In this document: positions 42,547 through 49,003 of the stretch, piece after piece
Layout: each line of letters begins with the position of its first letter
Position numbering within the stretch: the first letter of the stretch is position 1
The notes under the pieces: generated by a model
Seen by the model: only the letters and a program-made list of their open reading frames with translations
Database searches by the model: none
Told to the model about the DNA's origin: nothing
Program-made: the position numbers and the translations under genes
Assembly (NCBI GenBank): GCA_030040915.1
Contig: JASHSI010000062.1
Location: 1 to 49,003, forward strand
Length of the DNA: 49,003 bases
Origin: Thermoplasmata archaeon
Lineage (GTDB): Archaea; Thermoplasmatota; Thermoplasmata; Lutacidiplasmatales; UBA184
Reading direction: 5' to 3'

Positions 42547-43902
42547 ATGGGGTTTGAGAACTGGTTCAACCGGACCCTGAACAAGGTCTGGGGGTTCGTC
42601 GAGGACCGGACGGGGATGCCCAAGTGGGCGCTCCGCCCGCAGCCGGCGTTCTCGTTCAAGCCGTCGTATTGGACGGGCGCGTTCGTCTTCAACGCCTTCC
42701 TCTACCAGGTGGTGAGCGGGCTCCTCCTGCTCCTGTACTACCAGCCGAGCACCAACGGTACTTACCTCGCCTGCGGGCAGGCGGTCGGAACGCTCTCGAG
42801 CGCTCCGGCCGCGTGGTGCAGCACGTACTACATCGTGCATTCGGTGCCGATGGGTTCGCTGCTCCTCTCGAGCCACCTCTACGGCGCCTACGCGATGATC
42901 TTCCTCGCGATCGTCCACTTCTTCCGGGGCTACTACCTCGGCGTCTACAAGGCCCCGCGCGAGTTCAGCTGGATGGTCGGAACCCTCCTCCTTCTCGCCA
43001 CGCTCGGCATGGGATTCACGGGCTACCTCCTCCCGTACACGCAGATCTCGCTCAACGCGACGAACGTCGGTCTCGTCCTCGCCTTGCGGCTCCCGTACGC
43101 GGGCCCGCTCCTGGGGCCCCTCCTCCTCTCGGACGGGACCGGTCAGGGGTTACTTTCGCGGATGTTCGCCGCCCACATCCTCCTCATCCCGCTCGCGCTC
43201 GGAGCGCTCGTCTACGCGCACATCGCGCTCTTCGAGACCCACGGGATCGCCCCTCCGGCGACCTCCGATCCCGTGCAACGTCGTCGCTTCACGCACAAGG
43301 AGGACGAGAAGCACGTCCCGTTCATGCCCCACATCTTCTTCTACATCACGAAGTGGGCGCTCGTCTACATCGGGGTCCTCTTGGGGATTGCCGCCCTGTG
43401 GCCGTGGCAGCTCCCCACCTACGCTGGGAACCTCGGCGCGGCCGCGACCGTCACCGAGCCGGACTGGTACTTCCTCTGGGTGTTCAAGTTAGTCGACTTC
43501 TACGGGGTCACTCCGGTCATTGCCGTGGGGATCACCACGGTGATCATCCTCTTCGTCCTCTTCCTGCCGTTCCTCGACCGCTCCCCGAGGACCCATCCGC
43601 GGGACCGGCCGTTCTTCGTCATCATCGGCAATTCGCTGGTCGCCTTCTTCGCCACGATGACCGTCTGGGGTGGCCTCACCCCCGGGATCCAGATCCTCCC
43701 GCTGAACGTCGCCGAGGTGCTCGGTCCGCCGGTGGTGGTGAACGCCATCGTGGTCTTCCTGTTCTACCGCCGCTACCAGGCCCGCTACCGGGCCCGGTTG
43801 CTCGCCGCGGGCCTCTCCGATCGACTGCCGGGGATCTACCCGCTTCCGTCGCCCGCCCGGGCGACGGCCGCGCCCCGTGCGGAGGCGACCGCCCGTGAGT
43901 GA
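42547..43902 (+). CDS. Cytochrome b (fused b6-like plus subunit-IV-like)
   Basis: 451-aa ORF. The sequence FNAFLYQVVSGLLLLLYY...SHLYGAYAMIFLAIVHFFRGYY...GFTGYLLPY...FAAHILLIPLAL contains heme-ligand His pairs in the typical helices. Confidence 0.9.
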   Translation: MGFENWFNRTLNKVWGFVEDRTGMPKWALRPQPAFSFKPSYWTGAFVFNAFLYQVVSGLLLLLYYQPSTNGTYLACGQAVGTLSSAPAAWCSTYYIVHSVPMGSLLLSSHLYGAYAMIFLAIVHFFRGYYLGVYKAPREFSWMVGTLLLLATLGMGFTGYLLPYTQISLNATNVGLVLALRLPYAGPLLGPLLLSDGTGQGLLSRMFAAHILLIPLALGALVYAHIALFETHGIAPPATSDPVQRRRFTHKEDEKHVPFMPHIFFYITKWALVYIGVLLGIAALWPWQLPTYAGNLGAAATVTEPDWYFLWVFKLVDFYGVTPVIAVGITTVIILFVLFLPFLDRSPRTHPRDRPFFVIIGNSLVAFFATMTVWGGLTPGIQILPLNVAEVLGPPVVVNAIVVFLFYRRYQARYRARLLAAGLSDRLPGIYPLPSPARATAAPRAEATARE

Positions 43903-44182
43903 CGGACCGAATCCCCCGATCGCCCCGGCGCCGCCGAAGTACCGTTACGGTTGGCTCTGGGCGGTCCTCGCGATCCTCCTGACGATCGGGACCGCCGGCT
44001 CGGCGTTCGTCGTGTACGGGGCCCAGGAGGCGCTCTTCGGCGGCGCGTGGATCCTCTACGTCCCAATGGCGATCGGGGGCGGGTTCGTCGCCCTCGTCTG
44101 CATCCTCCTCATCACCGGCATTCTCTACCGCGTCGACCGGCTGCGCGGGACCCCTCACCGGGAGGTGGCGCTCTTTGAGTGA
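43877..44182 (+). CDS. Small hypothetical 2-TM membrane protein (alternative GTG start at 43895)
   Basis: 101-aa ORF overlapping the cytochrome b stop, with two hydrophobic helices. Confidence 0.45.
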   Translation: MRRRPPVSDGPNPPIAPAPPKYRYGWLWAVLAILLTIGTAGSAFVVYGAQEALFGGAWILYVPMAIGGGFVALVCILLITGILYRVDRLRGTPHREVALFE

Positions 44183-44543
44183 GGACGCGACCGCCCTCGC
44201 CGCGATCGCGCAGGCCCGCGTGCTGCGATTCTACACGGCGATCGCGATCCTGATGTTGGTCGTCATCGGCATCCTGATCGTCTACTCGATCCGCCTCGGC
44301 CCGCTCGTCGGTCCGGGCGTCGAGCAGTCGTTCGGTTTCGCCGTCGCGATGATGTTCCTGGCCGGGGCGATGCTCGCCCACATCGCCGACTGGACCTACC
44401 GGGTCTGGCCCGAGGGGCGCCGGGTGCGGACGCCCGTTCCGTCGTACATCTCGGACCGCGGGATCGCCCTCGCGATCAAGCTGCTCATCCTCGTCGTCGT
44501 CGGGGCGGGAATCGCCTACGTCCTCGCGACCCTGCTGAGCTAG
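44175..44543 (+). CDS. Hypothetical 3-TM membrane protein
   Basis: 122-aa ORF with a TTG start overlapping the preceding stop by 8 nt. It lies immediately upstream of coxA. Confidence 0.45.
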   Translation: MSEDATALAAIAQARVLRFYTAIAILMLVVIGILIVYSIRLGPLVGPGVEQSFGFAVAMMFLAGAMLAHIADWTYRVWPEGRRVRTPVPSYISDRGIALAIKLLILVVVGAGIAYVLATLLS

Positions 44544-44558
44544 GAGGGATCAACCAAC

Positions 44559-46259
44559 ATGTCGAACTGGGCGGCCCTGACGACGCCGATCGTCGAGATC
44601 CTCCTCCTCGCGGCGCTCGGGGGGTTCGGGCTCGCCGTCCTCTCCTACCGCGGGGAGTGGTTCGTCCGGCAGGTGAAGAAGTGGCTCTTCACGACGGACC
44701 ACAAGAAGATCGGCCTGATGTACATCGTCACCGGTATCCTGTTCTTCTTCATCGGCGGGATCTACGCGATCCTGATCCGCACCGACCTCGGGGTCGTCCA
44801 GGGTCTCGGGCTCGATCCCCAGACGACCCTCGGCATCACGCCGGACGTCTACTCGACGCTGTTCACGATGCACGGGACGCTGATGATCTTCATGTTCGTG
44901 ATCCCGGTCCTCGCCGGGTTCGGGAACTACCTCGTCCCGTCGATGATCGGGGCGCGGGAGATGGCGCTCCCTCGGATCAACGCGATCGCCTTTTGGATGA
45001 TCCCGATCGCCGGCGTCATCCTCATCCTATCGAACGCGAACGCGGGCTGGACCGGCTACGTCCCGCTCTCCCTCCAGGTCGACCCGAGCAATCCCTACGG
45101 GATCGACCTGTGGATCCTGGGCCTCCACATCCTCTCGGCTTCCTCGATGATGGGGGCGATCAACTTCCTCGTCACGATCATCAAGCACCGGGCGCCGGGG
45201 GTCGAGTACTGGAACATGCCCCTCTTCGTCTGGTCGACGTTCGTCAACTCGGTGCTCCTCCTCTTCGCCCTCCCCTCGCTCTCGATCGCGCTCACCTTCG
45301 TCCTCTCCGACCGGAACTTCGGGACGCACATCCTCGCCGCCGCGAACGGGACCCCGCTCGGCGGGGCCCTCCTCTACCAGAACCTGTTCTGGTTCTTCGC
45401 CCACCCCGAGGTCTACGTCATGGTGATCCCGGCGTTCGGGCTCATCTCGACGATCATCCCGAAGCTCGCCCGCAAGGACATCTTCGGCTACGGGGCGATG
45501 GTGATCGCCCTCGGCGCGTTCGCCGTGCTCTCCTTCGCGGTGTGGGAGCACCACATGTTCACCACCGGGATCTCGACGAACATCCGCTTCGTCTTCATGC
45601 TCACCACGATGGCGATCGCGGTCCCGTCGGCCGTGAAGACGTTCAACTGGATCGCGACGCTCTGGGGCGGCCGCATCTGGATGGCGACGCCGATGTGGTT
45701 CTGCGTCGCGTTCATCACCGGGTTCGTCATCGGCGGCCTCTCCGGGCTCATGCTCGCCTCGATCCCGATCGACTACCTCTACCACGCGACGTACTTCGTC
45801 GTCGCGCACTTCCACTACGTCATCCTCGGCGGGACGATGATGGCGATCTTCGCCGGGGTCTACTTCTACTACCCGATCTGGACGGGACGCTGGTACAACC
45901 AGCCGCTCGCCCACATCCATTTCCTCCTCTCCTACGTCGGCGTGAACCTCCTCCTCTTCCCGATGTTCATCCTCGGGGCCGAGGGGATGCCCCGCCGGGT
46001 CTACACCTACCTGTGGACCGGGAACTTCCAGGCCCTGAACTTCCTATCGAGCCTGGGGGCGTTCATCCTCGGGATCGGCCAGTTGTTCTTCGCGTTCAAC
46101 ATGGTCTACTCCTACTACGCCGGCGACCCGGTGAAGACCGACGACCCGTGGGGCGATCCGGTCCCGGTCGACTTCGCCGGGCCGAAGCCCGAACCGGTCC
46201 CCACCCCGCTCCCCAGCGGGATTCCGTCGATATCGGCCGCGAACGAAGGGAGCCCGTAG
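44559..46259 (+). CDS. coxA: Heme-copper oxidase subunit I (A-type)
   Basis: 566-aa ORF with [33 protein letters not shown] and [12 protein letters not shown]. Confidence 0.95.
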   Translation: MSNWAALTTPIVEILLLAALGGFGLAVLSYRGEWFVRQVKKWLFTTDHKKIGLMYIVTGILFFFIGGIYAILIRTDLGVVQGLGLDPQTTLGITPDVYSTLFTMHGTLMIFMFVIPVLAGFGNYLVPSMIGAREMALPRINAIAFWMIPIAGVILILSNANAGWTGYVPLSLQVDPSNPYGIDLWILGLHILSASSMMGAINFLVTIIKHRAPGVEYWNMPLFVWSTFVNSVLLLFALPSLSIALTFVLSDRNFGTHILAAANGTPLGGALLYQNLFWFFAHPEVYVMVIPAFGLISTIIPKLARKDIFGYGAMVIALGAFAVLSFAVWEHHMFTTGISTNIRFVFMLTTMAIAVPSAVKTFNWIATLWGGRIWMATPMWFCVAFITGFVIGGLSGLMLASIPIDYLYHATYFVVAHFHYVILGGTMMAIFAGVYFYYPIWTGRWYNQPLAHIHFLLSYVGVNLLLFPMFILGAEGMPRRVYTYLWTGNFQALNFLSSLGAFILGIGQLFFAFNMVYSYYAGDPVKTDDPWGDPVPVDFAGPKPEPVPTPLPSGIPSISAANEGSP

Positions 46260-46290
46260 GCGGCCTTCTGGCCCCAGGGATCGGTTCCCC

Positions 46291-46869
46291 ATGAACGGTC
46301 ACAAGCTCTTCCGCGCCCTCTCGATCGCCGCCGCCGGGATGACCTACATCACGATGCTCTTCGGGGGGAACGTCATCGCGAGCGGGTCGGGGCTCGCTTG
46401 CCCCGACTGGCCCACGTGCGACGGGTCGATCTTCGGGCCGCTTTCGGGCGCCGCCGGGATCGAGTGGAGCCACCGCCTGGCGGCGCTCGTCCTTGGGCTC
46501 GTCGTCCTCGCGCTCGCCCTCACCGGCGTGTTCGCGGAGAATCGCCGGCCGGTCCTCCGCACCCTCTCCCTGGTTTCGCTCGGTCTCGTCGTCATCCTCG
46601 CATTGATCGGCGGGCTCGTGATCGAGAGCCGCCTCGCGATCGTCGACGTCCTCGTCCACTTCGGCCTCGCCACGATCCTCTTCGGGATCACGCTGCTTCT
46701 CGCCCTCCTATCGAACCTCCGCGAGATCCCGAGGCGATGGATCGACCGGGCCTGGCAGGCCGGCGAGGAGCGGTCCCTGCGCCCCGGACCTGAGAAAGCC
46801 CCGGCGCCCGGGGTCGGGCGGAGCGCCTCGTCGGGGGTCTCCGCGCTCGCCCTCGACCTCGACCGGTGA
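46291..46869 (+). CDS. ctaA: Heme A synthase, short archaeal-type CtaA
   Basis: 192-aa ORF with four TM helices and the motifs GLACPDWPTCDG and WSHRL. Confidence 0.8.
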   Translation: MNGHKLFRALSIAAAGMTYITMLFGGNVIASGSGLACPDWPTCDGSIFGPLSGAAGIEWSHRLAALVLGLVVLALALTGVFAENRRPVLRTLSLVSLGLVVILALIGGLVIESRLAIVDVLVHFGLATILFGITLLLALLSNLREIPRRWIDRAWQAGEERSLRPGPEKAPAPGVGRSASSGVSALALDLDR

Positions 46870-46896
46870 GCGGCCGGCCGGCCCGAGGGTTCGTCG

Positions 46897-47820
46897 ATGG
46901 CGGAGGGCGGCCCGGCCGCCGAGCCCGGGAAGGCTCCCTCGCTCGCGCGGGACCTCTTGACCCTCGCGAAGCCCGGCATCACCGCCCTCATCGTCCTCGT
47001 GGCGGTCGGCGGGTTCTTCGTCGCCTCCCCCGCCCACCTCGATCTCCTCCGGCTCGCGGTGCTCCTCGTCACCGGCGCCGCGGGCTCCGCCGGCGCGGCG
47101 ATGCTCAACCACTACCTCGACCGGGACCTCGACGCCCGGATGAAGCGGACCGCGACCCGCCCGATCCCCGGGGCCCGGCTCGACCCGGCCGGGGTCGCCG
47201 CGGTCCTGGGCCTCCTCCTCCTCGGCGGCGGGATCGCCGCGGCGAGCGTCCTATTGAACCCCCTCACGGGGTTCTCGATCCTCCTCGGCGGCCTCACCTA
47301 CGTCGTCGTCTACACGGCCTGGCTCAAGCGCCGCACGAGCTGGAACATCGTGATCGGCGGGTTCGCGGGGAGCGCCCCCGCGCTCGCCGGCAGCGCCGCG
47401 GCGGTCGGGAGCTTCACGCCGGCGGCGATCGCCCTCGCCGTGCTCGTCTTCCTCTGGACCCCCCCGCACTTCTGGAGCCTCGCGCTCCTCCTCCGCGACC
47501 AGTACGAGAAGGTCGGGCTCCCGATGCTCCCGAGGATGGCCGACCCCGGCTACTCTGGCCGCGTGGTGGTCGTCTCTGCGGCGCTCCTGGTCCCGGCGGC
47601 CGGGTGGCTCGCCCTGACCCGCCCGGTCACCTGGCCGGTCGCCATCGTCCTCCTCGCGGCCTCGCTGGGCTTCGTCCTCGCCGCGGCCCCCCTCTGGACG
47701 AACCCGGAGCGACGGTCCGCGCGCCGGGGCTTCCTCTATTCCGGCCCGTACCTGCTAGTCGTATTGCTGGCCCTGGTGGCGAACTACGGTCTCCTGCGGG
47801 TCGGGTTCACCGGCCTGTAG
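46897..47820 (+). CDS. ctaB: Protoheme IX farnesyltransferase (heme O synthase)
   Basis: 307-aa ORF with the UbiA-family motif NHYLDRDLDARMKRTATRPIP. The protein is polytopic. Confidence 0.9.
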   Translation: MAEGGPAAEPGKAPSLARDLLTLAKPGITALIVLVAVGGFFVASPAHLDLLRLAVLLVTGAAGSAGAAMLNHYLDRDLDARMKRTATRPIPGARLDPAGVAAVLGLLLLGGGIAAASVLLNPLTGFSILLGGLTYVVVYTAWLKRRTSWNIVIGGFAGSAPALAGSAAAVGSFTPAAIALAVLVFLWTPPHFWSLALLLRDQYEKVGLPMLPRMADPGYSGRVVVVSAALLVPAAGWLALTRPVTWPVAIVLLAASLGFVLAAAPLWTNPERRSARRGFLYSGPYLLVVLLALVANYGLLRVGFTGL

Positions 47821-47868
47821 CGCGGGGTTCGGCATCGAGCTTATCCGCAGCGAGTCGCTAGTAGCGCA

Positions 47869-48573
47869 ATGACCCCCGTTCCGACACCGGAGCCGGCCCC
47901 GGAAGAGACGTTGCGCGTGGCGGAAGCCGCGCTCGCCCGCCTCGGGTTCGCCCGGATCCCTCCCGTCGTCCGGCCCACCTCGGGGGCCCCCGAGTTCTGG
48001 GTACGGGAGGCCGGCGTGCCGCGCCGGGCCTTCCCCGTCTTCGTCGAGTCCCGTCCGACGTCGGCCGCCACCCCGCGGCCGGTCCAGTGGGTGAACGACG
48101 CGGCCGTCCGCGCCGCCTCGCCGCCCCGCGCGATCGCCATCGTCTCGTCCGACGCGGCGGCCCGCGCCGTCTGGGACCGCGGACGGGCCGGTCCGATCGA
48201 CTCCGAGCTCGCCATCCTCGTCGTCCCCCCGGCGGCCGGGGGTTCCGTGCCCCATTGGCACCGGGGCCAGCTCCCGCCGAAGGTGCTCCTTCGGCTCGCC
48301 ACCGGGGTGGCGGTCGGGCTCTTCCGCCAGGCCCAGGCCGCGGAGGGGTCGACCCAGGTCGACTTCTCCGAGATGCTCGAGATCCTGAAGAACCGCTTCC
48401 AGGTCGACGTCGCGGGGTCCCTCGGCGCGCGCACCGACGAGGAGGCGCTCTTCCTCCTCTATCAGCTCGCGCTCAAGTACGCCTACGCCCCCGGCGACTC
48501 CGGGAGCGAGCTCTACGCCCTACCGCTCCGCCCGTTCGGGCCGGGCCCCCGGGTCCCCTGGTTCGCCGCCTAG
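47869..48573 (+). CDS. Hypothetical protein
   Basis: 234-aa ORF with protein-like composition in its C-terminal half (FSEMLEILKNRFQVDVAGSLGARTDEEALFLLYQLALKYAY). I recognised no motif with confidence. Confidence 0.5.
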   Translation: MTPVPTPEPAPEETLRVAEAALARLGFARIPPVVRPTSGAPEFWVREAGVPRRAFPVFVESRPTSAATPRPVQWVNDAAVRAASPPRAIAIVSSDAAARAVWDRGRAGPIDSELAILVVPPAAGGSVPHWHRGQLPPKVLLRLATGVAVGLFRQAQAAEGSTQVDFSEMLEILKNRFQVDVAGSLGARTDEEALFLLYQLALKYAYAPGDSGSELYALPLRPFGPGPRVPWFAA

Positions 48574-48624
48574 CGATCGGTTCGAACCGATACGTTAAGG
48601 AACCCCAGGGCGTAGGAACGACCG

Positions 48625-48813
48625 ATGACCTCGGAAGGAGCGAGCGCGTACAGCTGGCCGTACGCTCGCACCCCGGGGGGTTCCACCCCGCCCCCGGACG
48701 TGACCCCCAAGGAGGGCGGCCACGAGCTGTGGGCGTTCTTCTGGCTCTCGATCCTCAACAGCGCGATCATCGGGGTCTCGGGCCTCGCCGCCTGGCTCAT
48801 CATCCACCACTAG
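48625..48813 (+). CDS. Small hypothetical single-TM protein
   Basis: 62-aa ORF with one C-terminal hydrophobic helix (LWAFFWLSILNSAIIGVSGLAAWLII). Confidence 0.35.
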   Translation: MTSEGASAYSWPYARTPGGSTPPPDVTPKEGGHELWAFFWLSILNSAIIGVSGLAAWLIIHH

Positions 48814-48876
48814 CTGAGGCCGGCGCGGCAACGGTTATCTCCTCGGCCTCGGTCGGACGCCCCGACGGAACGTTTC

Positions 48877-48951
48877 GGGGCCGTGGGGTAGCTTGGACCA
48901 TCCTTCTTGCTTGGGGTGCAAGAGACTCCGATTCAAATTCGGACGGCCCCA
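48877..48951 (+). tRNA. tRNA-Pro (anticodon GGG)
   Basis: 75-nt cloverleaf folded by hand. Acceptor GGGGCCG/CGGCCCC, D stem GGGT/ATCC, anticodon stem CTTGC/GCAAG with loop TTGGGGT (G37), T arm TCCGA-TTCAAAT-TCGGA, discriminator A. Confidence 0.8.
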
Positions 48952-49003
48952 TCTCCGTCGTACCGGGTCGTAACCTTCCGTCGGCCGGCCGGGCCCGTTA
49001 AGG

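Noticed and set aside
1-49003. CRISPR arrays, rRNA genes, IS elements/transposases, inteins
   Set aside because: I saw no regularly spaced direct repeats, no rRNA-like conserved blocks, no transposase or integrase-like frames, and no length anomalies suggesting inteins in DP1, CoxI or the helicases.

Overview
This is a 49-kb, very GC-rich (roughly 70% by eye), gene-dense archaeal chromosomal segment. Hallmark genes are the PolD small subunit DP1, archaeal DnaG, archaeosine synthase ArcS, a Hef-type helicase, XPD/Rad3 and an HTH_10 regulator. These point to a euryarchaeal-type host, possibly Thermoplasmatota-like, but that cannot be proven from the sequence alone. From 1 to 35.9 kb the genes are mostly housekeeping or metabolic: GT2, dut, UbiD/UbiA, pgk, panE, mdh, FMN reductase, an MBL hydrolase, and an XPD-heptose cassette. 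A few lower-GC genes look accessory: a Fic protein at the left edge, a 2.9-kb islet bracketed by two convergent tRNA-Val genes that carries a decayed VapC, a PKD surface protein, and several orphans. From 35.9 to 47.8 kb there is an aerobic respiratory supercluster with two blue-copper (cupredoxin) proteins, a CoxII split into two overlapping ORFs, an AbrB-PhoU regulator, TatA/TatC/TatA-like, Rieske, cytochrome b, small membrane ORFs, CoxI, CtaA and CtaB. I saw no c-type cytochrome motif in this cluster. Three tRNAs are present: Val-TAC, Val-GAC and Pro-GGG. I saw no rRNA, CRISPR array, transposase or integrase. Many long ORFs in the track are Arg/Pro/Gly-rich off-frame or antisense artefacts of high GC and were rejected. 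I found no clear-cut novel defence system. The most unusual observations are these. (1) The XPD frame has no canonical start codon upstream of its Walker A motif. (2) XPD is translationally coupled to heptose-pathway enzymes and a CBS-ParB fusion. (3) coxII is split. (4) A LonB-like AAA+ ATPase carries a zinc ribbon but no protease domain. (5) The arcS stop lies inside a tRNA gene. (6) Structured inverted repeats sit in two respiratory-cluster intergenic regions. All functional calls come from motif recognition by eye; no searches were run.
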